DNA of 64,000 nucleotides. It comes from Syncephalis fuscata S228. Lineage: Eukaryota; Fungi; Zoopagomycota. The translations under genes were made by a program, and so were the position numbers. This document shows, one piece after another, positions 25,382 to 38,515 of the stretch (positions within the stretch are counted from its first letter, which is position 1; the number at the start of each line of letters is the position of its first letter). The DNA lies in assembly GCA_025786725.1 (NCBI GenBank), contig JAHLTZ010000016.1, positions 1 to 64,000 on the forward strand. The letters run 5' to 3'. Under the pieces are notes generated by a model. That model saw only the letters and a program-made list of their open reading frames with translations, had not been told where the DNA came from and made no database searches.

Positions 25382-25687
25382 AAGAGAGCTATCGATGGAT
25401 TAGTTTACAATGCAAATATAGATACAGATATGTAATAGCATCATTTTATTAATCATTAAATAACGTCAATTATTTATTAATAATACTCTATAAATATAAC
25501 TATTTAACTGGGTCAAATAGCAAAAGTGTAACAAAGATTTGATTTATTTAATTGGCATGTTTAGTAGCACTAGATATTAGAGATTATCCACTAGCGTCTA
25601 TCTACCGGCTTATCTAGGTCGATAATTGCCGATACTTACGCATGGCGTCTTTTCCTTTCAACTCTATCCAACTTACTGTTTAAAACC

Positions 25688-28182
25688 ATGACTATTCGTT
25701 CACTCGGTGTTATATCGCGTAGTAGCGTACTAAATACGCCTACTACTATTAAAACTGTTCAGCCGTCAACAAATTACTTATTATTGTCGCGTCAATTAAG
25801 GTAATAGACGACGGTCTAGCTAGCCACTTACTTATACCATTCCTCTAGAAGATGGCCTATACGTCAGTATGGTACGGCAGTAAAGACACCAACAGCACCG
25901 CGTACATTTGAACTACAGTCTAAAATGCCTCGTTTGCCCATTCCAACACTTGAGGAAACTAGCCAGCGCTATTTACGCTCACTCGTGCCTATATTGACCC
26001 CGGAGGAATATAAAAGATCCGAGGCAGCGGTACACGAATTTGTAAAGCCCAATGGCTTTGGTGAGGAATTACAGCATCGTCTACACAGCTAGATCGATCA
26101 TCACCGGTAATAATCGCTACAATCATTGTAATTGCTAATATCATCTAATGCACAATCATTAGAACTCTTGGCTAGAAGATATATGGCTTAACAAAGGCTA
26201 TCTTGAATGGCGTGAACCATCACTGATTAATGTTAATTGGTGGGCGCAATTCAGCGATGCGCCATCAGGCCTTTTCCATCCTATGCCACCACCGGGTGAA
26301 TTTACCGCCTACCAAGCACGTCGAGCAGCCGGTCTTGTATCGAGTTTACTAGATATTAATGATCAATTAAACAAGTAGGTGACTGTCGTCATAGTATTGT
26401 ATTCATAGTTATTTACTGTAACTGTATTCACCCATACCAGCGAAACATATCCAGTGGAAATGGCCCGTGATCGTCCAATGTGTATGCGCCAGTATCAGTG
26501 TCAGTTTGGAGGCATTCGTATTGCTGAGAATCCATCTGACAGAATAGTTAGTGTGTATCCAGCATTGGCTCGTCATATTATTGTACTTGTTCGTGATCAA
26601 ATATTTAAAGTGCCAGTTATTGCAGATAGCGGTAAACGTGTACCAGTCCAGTTATTGGAAAAGTCAGTTACATAGTAACTATATTATAATTAAATATTTA
26701 CTGAAGCTACATAGACAATTGGCTGCAGTTATTAAGCAAGTGAAGCAAGACGATGCACAACCACCAATTGGTGTGCTTACTGGTGGCAATCGTGATCGAT
26801 GGGCCAATGTAAGTAAATACTTTTATTGACACACCTATATATTTGTTTATTGTTTATTTATTGAATAATTAATAGGTTCGAGAAAAGCTAGTATCGCTAT
26901 CTGATACTAATAGGCGTACATTGGATGCTATTGATACATCGTTATTTGCCATATGTTTGGATGATCATCCAGCCTCGCTTAACTATGATGAGGCCCATAA
27001 AGAGCTATTCCATGCCAATAATGCCCATAATCGCTGGTTTGACAAGCCAATTCAAGTCATCGTTGCTAATAACGGGCGTGCCGGTGTTAATGGAGAGGTA
27101 GTGATAACATATACTAAAAGCGAATCAACTAATGCAACTGTATATACCAATAGCACACACCGGCCGATGCAGTAACACCGGGCACTTTCTTTGATGCTAT
27201 TCTTAAAGCGTAAGTATAAATACATAGTATAATAGCTAAGTTTATTAGTAAATACTAACTTGCTGGCAGTGAACCATCTCGTGATCCTATCAACGTTGAT
27301 GACACTGCTTCACTTGCGTCACCAGAACATCTTTCCTGGACAATTGACTCGTCAGTCAGTGATGCCATTGAGCAGGCAGAAAAGGAAACGGCCAAGCTAA
27401 TTGGTGGCATTGACAGTGTAATACTACATTATCAAGAGTTCGGCTACGAGTATTTGAAACGCGGTAAGTATAGCTAGATTAACTAATATAATGGATCAGT
27501 ATATATACATATACATAATAATAACGTTATTATTTAGTACGCACCAGTCCAGATGCTACAGTACAGATGGCATTGCAACTAGCCTTTTACCGACAACACG
27601 GCCGGCCATGTCCTACGTACGAGTCGGCGTCAACTCGTCTATTCCTTCACGGACGTACAGAGACTGTCCGTTCCTGCTCAATAGACAGTCTGGCATTTAC
27701 GCAAGGATTTGACGACCCAAGCCTTTCGGTAAGTTACGCTGCTGAAATGGCAGTATATTCTAACCTACTACGACCACCACTAGGTACAAGAAAAGCGTGA
27801 GCTATTGAAAAAGGCCCTTAACGCACACGTAGAATATATGCGAGCTGCCTCTAACGGCAAAGGAGTTGACCGTCATTTGCTGGGTCTACGCTGCCAAATC
27901 CACAATGCAGAAGAACAGAAACAAGCGACGCTATTCACCGACCCGGCTTACCTGGCCTCCATGAGCTTTGAGCTATCCACTTCGAATATGTCGCCGGGCG
28001 ATAGATTCTGGGGCGGCTTTGGTGCTGTGGTGAAGAACGGCTATGGCATTAACTACGCCATCGGACAACGACATCTTAAGTTTAGCATAAGTGCCTGGAA
28101 CGAATGCTCTACCACCGACGAGATTGCAATGCGTCAGCAGATCTGGCGTGCCTTGAATGATATTGGCCAACTCATGGAATAA
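25688..28182 (+). CDS. Carnitine/choline O-acyltransferase family protein with an apparent 1-nt frameshift near 26085
   Basis: [35 protein letters not shown]|[53 protein letters not shown]. Confidence 0.92.
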
Positions 28183-28405
28183 ATACAGACACGGCCATTA
28201 CGGCAGAACGAGTCATGTTTTATTATACTATACACTGCCGGTGGCAAATGAATATTATTGACAATGTATGCATAATAATTAGATTTACGCACTCTATACA
28301 CAAACTGAACAAAAAACTTGGTGCATAGTCTGGCACAACTATATGCACTAGATTTTACCAAAAAGAAACGCTTAAAGTTACTAGTAACAAGAAGCAAAAA
28401 AGAAG

Positions 28406-28477
28406 CGCCCGATGTGGGGCTCGAACCCACAGCCTTGAGGTTAAAAGCCTCACGCTCTACCATTGAGCTAACCGGGC
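28406..28477 (-). tRNA. tRNA-Lys(UUU)
   Basis: GCCCGGT acceptor stem pairs with ATCGGGC; D arm GCTC/GAGC; anticodon arm TGAGG-CTTTTAA-CCTCA; GGTTCGA T loop; downstream T6 terminator. Confidence 0.95.
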
Positions 28478-28946
28478 TGGTTGCTCATGTTTTGTTAGCC
28501 AAAACAAGCATATTATTCCAGATTTTTATTTTATTTAATAGCTACAGTTTTTTGGTTTTTTGTAAACGGTACATAACAGCTACGCCAATTGAAAATCAAT
28601 ATCTTTTTACGTATGTAAAAACCTGAAAACCTGGTATATCTGTGATGTATATTGTAGTACTTGTGCATTAGTATAATTAGTATTACAAACCATTTATATT
28701 ATTAATAATTCTGATATTTAGCATTATTTTATAATAAATTATCCAACACTAATATAAAGATGTATGTATATGTGTGAACCAGCAGGTTACTACTTTTAAA
28801 TGCATTAAAAGCTATTCTAGTGGAGTTTTTTTAGGTTGGTTATAGTGTTATTGCTATATAGACTGTGCCATGACTAGCACTATTCTAACAATGTCATTTC
28901 AAGTGTATTTCATTCCTTTTTTAGATCGACAGCAAATCACTTGAAT

Positions 28947-29574
28947 ATGAGCGCGAAATCTCGGTCCACTTTGTTTGTAGGCAAGTATCTAAGCTTTTTG
29001 CGTACACATACGCTTATACATCTCATTGATGATACTATGGCACTTATAGGCGGTTTTGATGATCAAGTAACGCGAGAAATACTGTACAGAGCATTCTTGC
29101 CGTTTGGTGAGATCGCTGACGTCGAGATTCCGACAGATCCCAGGCAGAGTAAGTATTGGCATATTTGGCACTAATAGAATTCAATTCTAACCGCGATTGG
29201 CATCTGGCTATATACGTGCATAGGCGAGGGACATCGTGGCTTTGGTTTTGTTGAGTTTGTTGAATCGGCCGATGCGCAAGCAGCTCTAGACAATATGCAT
29301 ATGTCTGAACTGTACGGGCGCACGATTAAAGTAACAATGGCTAAGCCCATGCGTCATCGCGAGTTTCGCGACCGGCCTAGTAAGTTTTATTGGATAGGCG
29401 ATGTTAATTAATGCTAATGACGCTTTATTAGTTTGGGAGGACGAGGAATGGCTACAATGGCATGCAGAATCAAAGCAGGCGGCAAATGAAGCAGAAGGAA
29501 CGGCAGATTCGTCGGCTGTTAAGGAACAGCCTCTGCAGCCGGTTAAAATATCTACGCCTGCGCAAGAAGTATAA
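28947..29574 (+). CDS. RRM protein resembling the cyclophilin E (PPIE) N-terminal RRM, no PPIase domain; first intron GC-AG
   Basis: TLFVG|[75 protein letters not shown]. Confidence 0.85.
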
Positions 29575-30019
29575 TAAAGTAATGGCCGCAGTAAGCGTAT
29601 CCACGTGTAGTATGTTAATTATTAAGCAATGATAAATACTATATTTTTATTTATTGTACTTGTATATTAACGTATTTGATATTTAAGAATTTGTGCAAAT
29701 TATTGTGTATGTTATGTAGTTTGTGCATTTTAAATTACTTAAGCATGAATGGATGAGTTAATATTGCACTGTGTATAGAAAACGAGGCTAAAGCGTATTC
29801 GGTACTTGTAGATGTTTTGACGCAGCTGATTGAATATCTATTATTACCATACTAGACTGTAGTTTGAATGATAATTGGTACCACATACGACTAGCTTGTG
29901 ACAAGTAAGTAGCTATAGAGATAGCATGGCAGCTGTAGTGAATAATACGAGTAGCATTATGGAGCTTTGTGTTAATTATAGTAGGCATGGTTGATATCTA
30001 CTTTGACTCACCCAAGCAG

Positions 30020-30660
30020 TAAATCTTTTTACGCAATCAATTGTAATAATTTCAATAGTTGACGAGTTGATTAAATTGATTTGTGTTTAAATGAACATTT
30101 ATAATAAACATTAATGTAATATAATAACATTATTATTTCCATAAAATAAAATTGATTGAATGTAACAGAACATTGTATTAGTAATAATATTAAACATTTA
30201 AATAAATAATGTAACACACTATTTGAGTTTTTTGAAACATTTAAGGCCGATCATTATTAGTGTTGACTATGCGTAGAAAGATTGATCGAATGTTAATAAA
30301 ACCATATAATTGCAATTCCATATCGTTCCGCAGTTGTTGTTATTGTTGCTACGTACAGTGTGGTTTCTTGCGTCTAAATGGTCTTTTCTATTCTCCAATC
30401 TTCTACTGTCACATCAACATCATGATTAAATCATAATATTTTATTATAAGCAGCATAAAATACTATAACATTTATTAACACTAATATCGGACATTGAAAA
30501 TAGTGCTGATTAATTAAGGCTCCAATTAATTCAATCGGAGTCAATGTGGCACTACAACAAATAGCACTTGTCAGTAGTAAAAACTGATTGACGGTTTGGT
30601 ATTCGAGTTACGGATATCTTTGTCCTAGTTTGAAGCTAGGGGGTCAAAGTACAGTAGCAC
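30020..30660 (-). repeat. Dispersed repeat family R2
   Basis: Its reverse complement matches 57600-57800 and 58560-58705, and 61365-61520 and 62050-62185 (agcttcaaact.ggacaaa, aaaccgtc.atcagttttta, attattacaattgattgcgtaaa). Confidence 0.75.
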
Positions 30661-33477
30661 CTTAGGCATAATAGGCTACTAATTAGACAAATGTTCGAGT
30701 ATATTTGGTGAATAAAAATAGCAATTACAAAATAATATAAAGACAATATTTTAGATCCAGTGTTCATTGTTCTGCTAAACAAGCAGGTGGTGAATGGGAT
30801 TCTAGGCTATATTTGTATTCATTTGTATTGCTTGTTTATTAGTACCAATGGGTGTTGGTTGTTATATAGGTGATTTGCATTGCAATGGTGTTCAAACAAA
30901 GCGAATTTACTGGTTTGAATAGAACTTTTCTTTGTTCCTAAAACATACATTGGTGGTAGGATGTTAATTAAAACCATGTTATTTAGTAAAAAAACAAAGC
31001 TGGTCAGGTCATCGATCCAATACACTGATGATATGTTTAGTACAGTATCAATAAGCTTAATTGATAAATGTAACTAATAGACAAATTATTTGTGATTAAT
31101 ATGTGAAACTGGTTAAAAACATGCATATTCGATTTGATTCATCAATCTTTAATGAGCAGTTTATTTATAATATATCTATATCTATCATTATTACATTATT
31201 TTGATTTATCTGATAATAATATAATATAACAAAATATCTAATATTGGTTATAAATACTGATACTGTACTAAGATTAGAGATACTTTATTGAAAATAAAGC
31301 GTAATATGAGGCGCAAAACTTAGCATTGGCCTAACTATTCGCCTATGAGATGCTTGGCAAGATAACACGATAAATACAACAGTTATCGTAACGCTACACG
31401 TGGTACGCCATTGACTTGTATATATGTCTCGTCAAACAGATGTTTCAAATGAACATCTAGATGCCAGGTCGCTTGAGTAATAAGGAGCTGCCAATAAGCA
31501 GCTATCTAGATGCACTACATCTTGTGGAAAACATGACAGAAACAGGCAATATCACGTATCAAATCGATTTATAAAGCCAAATAGTCAGTTATAGTAAATA
31601 CAACTTCTTCAATAGTAGCTATTATTATTTATCGTCCGTTTTTGCAATAAAATAATTTAGTAATGATATATTAAATTATCTAAATTAACAATAACAAGTA
31701 ATCAACCGTTAGCATTTACTACTCTACAATCAATGAGCCTGATTAAAAATACAAGTATAAACATTTATTAATAGAGAGTACACGTATCAATATTCAACGC
31801 TAGATAAAGCCTTTTCATAGAAATACAGCTTGATTGCTAATTATAGCAACTGACTATTGTTGCACTTATACATTCTAATTGTAATAGCTGTCTTTCAAGT
31901 ATTGCCTTGTGCACTTGGCAGTAGTTTTTTGTCGCATTGGCCCCGTCCTTTTTTTCGTCTATAAACACTGCTGATTTTCTCTTTATTCTAGCGATATTAT
32001 TGTTATTGTTATTCTTATTGTCGTGCAAAGCCGCGGCTCGCGTTTCCCCGTCTTTTATTCTTATCCAGGCTAGATTAGCGGAGTCAAATAACTATAACAG
32101 CAGACGCATTACTTCTATTCGCGCTGTTGTTATTCCTTGTTTCTGCTTATTATTACTTATCTTTTGCGCCATATCAATTTTCTGGTTCGATATTCGGTCT
32201 ATACTGCCACTTTGGTAAGTTGTGTAGGAATGGTATTTTTAATAAGCCGTAGACCGACTCTTGAATGTGTGTTGGTGTTAAAATATACGACACTTTGTTG
32301 CGTATTTGCGCTAAGCTGGCATGCCTCAGCGTGTGCGTGCGTGTTTTTGTGTTTTTGTGTGCGTGTGTGTATCTACACGCGGCCTTACCCAACTTGGCCC
32401 CCTCCTACATGGTAGGAAGCGTGAGCTTGCGACAAGCAAGGCAAGTAGGAACGTCACATCGCGTGGGTTGCAGTACCGTATAAGCATCCTGTGCCGTTGC
32501 TTAAACTGTTGACTGCTGCGGTAATATGATGCGTCTACAGCCGGTTTAGCGGTTTAAATTATCCATATACAGAAGTCATTTGTTTGATATGATCTTTTCG
32601 CTTGAATATTTACAAATTATCTGGATTAACCGTTCCATTTGATAGAACAATATATACTGGTTATTTCAACATCTACCATCTTGCACCAAACAGTGTTTCT
32701 GGATTAGCATCAACTCTCTTACCATTACCGCGGATTGCCCCACGATCTACCTATTCATGCAACAGGTTGTCCATTGGGCCGTAGTTAATTTTTTCCCGTG
32801 CTTTACTGCGGCTGTTACTGCTACTATTACTACTATTTTGCCACGATTATACCTTGATTTATCGTGGTGATTAGCCATAGTATTGCTTACCATACGCCCT
32901 GTCAATCGCGTGGCTCCCACGTGAATAGCCCGCCAATACCATATTGTTTTGTACTGCTTACCGCTGCTGCCATCATCAGCATCACCACTTGCCTTGGAAC
33001 CGGTCGGGCCTCGTGCTAATGCATCACATGCCTTTAATCTATTCATTCACAGCCACACGTTTACATTTATTATTTTGGTCAGCAGCCAGATTGAATTTCA
33101 CGTCTTTATTTCTCGCCAAGGTAACACACCGTACGTGTTGACCATCTCTTTCATCTTCTCTGCTCTCCTTTACGTTTTGTAGACTCGATAGCCATTATCG
33201 CCACCACTAGCACTATTATAACAACATCCTTTACCTTTAGAAGTCACTACGACACTTATTATTTGTTTGTTTCCTTATATTCACATTTACTTTATTCAGC
33301 TTCATATAGACCGTCGACATTAGTCGCCTCTTTGCTAGTGTCCTACTGATACACATTGCAACTTTTGCTTTTTCTTTTTATTATAACTCTTTAAATTTCT
33401 TTATTACATTAGAATAGTTTCTTAGCGCTGTGCGCTGCATACCGCTTTGGATAGAATAGAGCTGGGCACTGTGCAGT

Positions 33478-35565
33478 ATGGGTGCCAAACAATCCAAATC
33501 ACGCTATCCGAAAGATTATAGCCACTTAGCCACTCGAAGATATGACCGATCTTCGCAGCTTTCCGTTTTATTGACAACGCCTCAAGGATCTGCCACTCAG
33601 CCACTGCAATTATCACTGGCCGACAATGTCCAGTTGCCGCCAGAAGACGATAATAAAGCGAAGAAAGAGTCACGGGCCAATAGTTCATTACATAAGTTTC
33701 GTCGATTTGGCTGGTGTATGTGGGATATCCACGATGTCCCAAAGCAACGGCAATCTGGTAAAACACGCCACTGGAGAAGAACCGCACCACCTGGATTTCA
33801 ACGAGGCTGGGAATTTATGTTAGGTGTAAGCATTACTAATAACCAATCCCAGGCCGAACGTGATTGCTATCTTCGTATTACCAACTGGGTAGCAGATGTT
33901 ATAGAGGCAGGTGCAGTGGGTAGTTCAGCCGGTAGTGTAGGCGTTGAAGATTTTGATGTTCTACCTGAGAATTCGTTAGAACAAGTAGACACTGATTATA
34001 ATAATGCCGATTATAACACTAATGAAGATAAACAATATTATCTAAATGGTGGACAAGGCTTTGATGCATCTGAATGGCCCATAGCTACTGATGAGAAAGT
34101 ATTAGCACGTCTTAGTATGTCAAAAGAAGCTATGGTGCCATTGGATTGTGCCATTTCTGTACCATCCTCACCATCCTCACCATCACCATCATCATTAGTA
34201 CCAGCACCAGTAATAACAGCTACAGAAAACTTTGCATTAGAACAACCAGTATTAGAATTATCGTCATCGTCATTCAACGTATCCAACTTACCATCACCAG
34301 AATTACCATTATTGTCTTCATTGACGCCGCAATCAAATGAACCATCATTAGAGCTTGATACGTCAGCAACAGTTATACCTGCTACTAATGATGCTGAAGA
34401 TAAGCTTACAAATAAAGCTCGTGCCAATTATATGCGAGATTTAGATGAACGTCCAGTGACTTGGGTAGGTCCATTGCCGCCAGCACGCCATATACGACGA
34501 TCTATTAGTGGTACATCAGGTTTGGATAAGCATAGGCTGTGCAAGTCATGGGCACCGCCTTCCGATCGTATACGCGACCAGCAACAGCTGGCTACCAGTT
34601 TGATTGCGTGGCAGTTCACATCGGCTATTGCAGCATCAAATGGATCGCAGGTGCCATCTACGTCGCAAACAACGTCCTTTACTTATGCACACGACAGAAA
34701 CTTATCATCACCTACAACTTTTGATTCATTTAATACGCGCGATCTAACGTTATACAACGACTCATTAATTGTTAATGAAAATAACTCAGCCACATTAAAT
34801 ATGAACCATACTGATGCCATCTATGGACGTCGTAGAGCAGCCAGTATGAGTGTTGCCACTGGTATACGCTCACAGGAATTTGCAGCTTATAGTATGTCAG
34901 GCTTATCTTATTCATTACACCATCTCTACCAGCACCATTATCCCGACGGACGAATGTCACTATTATTACCAGAAGACAAATTAACTGACACCAATGCAGC
35001 AACAGGTCCTTCTGTTGTATCTCCTTCTACACCGACTAGCGTGATATCAAATCCTTACGAATCTGGACACTATTTATTGACATCAACACGATCACCGACG
35101 ATAATGAATAACAAACGAGTATCGTTAAATTCGTCAAATCATCGTTATTCAACTATCACCGTGACGGAAGAAGAAGAAGAAGAGCAAACTAAAGAGGAAG
35201 CAGAAGCAGTCGAGCAGGTCGATGGACATGGCCATCTATTGGAACAGCCTATCTTCGATGCATCTATCTTTGGTCGAACATCTGATACTATTAATCGGGT
35301 AGAGACCGATAATAATGATGCATCAAATGAGGTCAATGCCTTACAAGCAGCTGAGATGTCAGTACCAGCACTTGAACTAACCGTCAATTCTCGTTGGGGC
35401 TATGACTGGTCAGATATCGAAGATGAAGACTGCAACTTAGTACAAAGGCCGCGGTCACTGACAGGGCTTGGACCGCCACTGCGCAACTCTTTTGGGCGTA
35501 AACGAATCTATTCGCTCAATGAAGGATTGGTAAGCTTTCCCAACAAAATTATACCTCGAGATTAA
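33478..35565 (+). CDS. Hypothetical 695-aa, largely low-complexity protein with a possible N-myristoylation start
   Basis: Intron-less 2.1-kb ORF, GC-richer than flanks; begins MGAKQSK; no family recognised. Confidence 0.75.
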   Translation: MGAKQSKSRYPKDYSHLATRRYDRSSQLSVLLTTPQGSATQPLQLSLADNVQLPPEDDNKAKKESRANSSLHKFRRFGWCMWDIHDVPKQRQSGKTRHWRRTAPPGFQRGWEFMLGVSITNNQSQAERDCYLRITNWVADVIEAGAVGSSAGSVGVEDFDVLPENSLEQVDTDYNNADYNTNEDKQYYLNGGQGFDASEWPIATDEKVLARLSMSKEAMVPLDCAISVPSSPSSPSPSSLVPAPVITATENFALEQPVLELSSSSFNVSNLPSPELPLLSSLTPQSNEPSLELDTSATVIPATNDAEDKLTNKARANYMRDLDERPVTWVGPLPPARHIRRSISGTSGLDKHRLCKSWAPPSDRIRDQQQLATSLIAWQFTSAIAASNGSQVPSTSQTTSFTYAHDRNLSSPTTFDSFNTRDLTLYNDSLIVNENNSATLNMNHTDAIYGRRRAASMSVATGIRSQEFAAYSMSGLSYSLHHLYQHHYPDGRMSLLLPEDKLTDTNAATGPSVVSPSTPTSVISNPYESGHYLLTSTRSPTIMNNKRVSLNSSNHRYSTITVTEEEEEEQTKEEAEAVEQVDGHGHLLEQPIFDASIFGRTSDTINRVETDNNDASNEVNALQAAEMSVPALELTVNSRWGYDWSDIEDEDCNLVQRPRSLTGLGPPLRNSFGRKRIYSLNEGLVSFPNKIIPRD

Positions 35566-36373
35566 GAATGAAAAGATGTTGATTTTACAATACTTCTGAT
35601 ACATTAGCCCATGCGTTTTAATAAAAGAAATTATATTACAATAATAATAAATAGTATAGTATTAATACAACAGTAATGAATATTAGATGGCTTTAATTTA
35701 TTATTTGTATACAATGTAACATTTTTTCTCTTAATTTATTACATAGAATTAAAAAAATAAAAGACCAAATAGTTACACTTAATAGCATTCGCGCAATTAA
35801 GGTACACATTTGTTCTATTGAATATGAGAATGTGTGGTAAGTTATATTGGCCATCAAATTTATTATATGATAATTCTATTAGCATGATTGTTCTGTGTAA
35901 ATATATCTATTGCAAATATTGTCACATCGTTACATTTGCACAACATTGCAATATTGATACTTGCATTGTCTTATTCTCTAGCTTTTTACAATTCCATGCC
36001 GATCTATTTGGCGCTGACTAGCCCAATAATCAATAATCATAAATGACCAGTCCAATAATGTTTTAATAAAGCAAAAGTTTGTGCACACTCGTATTCATTG
36101 TTTATCTGTATGGCTCAATAAACAAAATAAATCAAGTTTATTGGTAATAAAGCTAGAGACAAACGGTTACTAGTTATGAATAGTATGTAGCTACTACAAA
36201 TAAGTAATATAGAATAGAATGCGTATACTGTGGAAAGTATATGAGTAGTAGTGCTAAGATTACAATGCATAAAACATTATCATTGGCGTACAATATCCAT
36301 GGACATTGTATGATACATCATTTGTATTTACAATAAATATAACCATTGCAGAAATGTAATTTATCATTTTGAC

Positions 36374-37470
36374 AGCTGTGTTTTAACAGAATATGCTATT
36401 TTCATTTATAATACCTTGAAATGACGATAAACATTAATTTACAAATTCAGACGTAAAACCATTGCGTCCATGTTATAAAGTATTCTAATAGCAATAATTT
36501 ACTTAATTAAACATTATTAAGATTGTGCATAACTTACGTATAATAAAGCAAACTGCATGATATTTTGCACAAGCATGCACATGACATACAGACAACTATT
36601 AGCGAAGTATACCGTAGTTGTGTTGCGGTATAGACCAATGGTTGCGATAATACGCTAATAAATGTGCAAAAATGGCCGTTTTTTTACCATTTATGGCTTG
36701 TGTAAACAAAATACAGCAAAATGATTGCTGGATTCGAGTTGTCCATGCTTAGTTATACACATTGGTATGTTTTATAGAACAATGATTTTTGCAAAAATGT
36801 TAGTCAAAAATGCAATTTACGTAATATTTGCTAACAAAAGCAATTAAAGTTATACGATTTTAAAGATTTTAATATTAAAAATGAAATTGGCATAAAGTAA
36901 ATTTAAAGCATTCACAACGCCAAAACAAGCATAATGGCAATTTAATATGCAGAAATATTGCTGTAAAGTGGCAATTTATGCTACTGATATACATATAACT
37001 TAGATTTTTGTTAGCAAATATTACGTAAATTGCATTTTTGACTAACATTTTTGCAAAAATCATTGTTTATAAAACATACCAATGTGTATAACTAAGCATG
37101 GACAACTCGAATCCAGCAATCATTTTGCTGTATTTTGTTTACACAAGCCATAAATGGTAAAAAAACGGCCATTTTTGCACATTTATTAGCGTATTATCGC
37201 AACCATTGGTCTATACCGCAACACAACTACGGTATACTTCGCTAATAGTTGTCTGCATGTCATGTGCATGCTTGTGCAAAATATCATGCAGTTTGCTTTA
37301 TTATACGTAAAGTTGTGCACAATCTTAATAATGCTTAATTAAGTAAATTATTGCTATTAGAATACTTTATAACATGGACGCAATGGTTTTACGTCTGAAT
37401 TTGTAAATAATGTTTATCGTCATTTCAAGGTATTATAAATGAAAATAACGTATTCTGTTAAAACACAGCT
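36374..37470. mobile_element. Foldback element: ~465-bp near-perfect inverted arms around a ~166-bp spacer; non-autonomous TIR element or local palindrome
   Basis: 36374-36839 is the reverse complement of 37006-37470; no ORF; no TSD identified. Confidence 0.6.
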
Positions 37471-38098
37471 ATTAGAATATAGCTATTACGTTTTACAATG
37501 ATCGCATTATTGTTATTCCAACACTGTATGTATGTTATTATGGCAGCGTAACTAATAAATATACTATGTGATTGGGTAACACGTTATATGTGAATAGGTG
37601 CAATATTAATACGCTAAACATTAACACTAAATACTAGTAATAAACATCTATAAATCATATAATCAACAGATATTTGTTAATTGTTAATAAATAATTATCA
37701 ACATAAGCCAGCAGCTCTGTGTTAAAAACAAACAAAACAATACAAAGCTCTTGCTTTATTACTAGCCATATTTACTAAAAATAATAATAACTTTACTCAA
37801 TATTAGTAAAGATTCTCAGTTTCTAGTTCCATTTGTAACTGCTTAGTGTCATGCAGCTTATTCACTTTACGATGGTTAAACTGTGGTAGTTAATAAACAA
37901 TAATAGCTAAATTTATTATCAAAACGATATCAACTAAGCAACATGCTGTATTCTGAGTGTTAACATAAGTGTTAGTAAGTATCAAAGACTAATGCTGTAG
38001 TATAACATCAAGATAAGGCGTGCTCAGTCGTCTAGCCCACAGCTTCTAAAATCAGAATTGTAACAGCATTTAGCATTATTGCCGCATTTTCACTCTCT

Positions 38099-38515
38099 TT
38101 ATCCGACAATGTTATGATTAGCGCTATTAACATAATTATTGTCGGCGCAGACGTTATTTGCGGTGGTATAGGCATTCACATCCGAGTTGGCAATGTGATC
38201 AGCCTCATTTTGATGACTATTGAACGCGCTAGTGACTGCATTCGCGTTAAGTGCATTGTTATTTGCATTGAAGTTGTTGTTGTTTGATGCAAACCATGGG
38301 GAGTAGCCGCAATTGCCATAGCCATAGTTACCATAGCCACCGTAGCAGCCATTGTAGCAATATGGACTCCATGGCGCATACGAGCCGGGATAGCCACCGA
38401 TGCCGAATGATCTACGCTCAAACAAAGCCATTGGCTGGGCATCCACATGCTCATGAATCAGCATAATAATAGCAACAACAGCAGCAGTTGAAATAGCCGA
38501 ACGAAAAGTAAGCAT
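38099..38515 (-). CDS. Secreted Gly/Tyr-rich plus Asn/Ala-rich 138-aa protein
   Basis: Hydrophobic signal ending VDA|QP, then RR, GGYPGSY..GCYGGYGNYGYGNCGY and an N-rich tail. Confidence 0.85.
   Translation of the reverse strand: MLTFRSAISTAAVVAIIMLIHEHVDAQPMALFERRSFGIGGYPGSYAPWSPYCYNGCYGGYGNYGYGNCGYSPWFASNNNNFNANNNALNANAVTSAFNSHQNEADHIANSDVNAYTTANNVCADNNYVNSANHNIVG

Noticed and set aside
28134-28626. ORFs overlapping the tRNA
   Set aside because: Explained by tRNA-Lys and its flanks.
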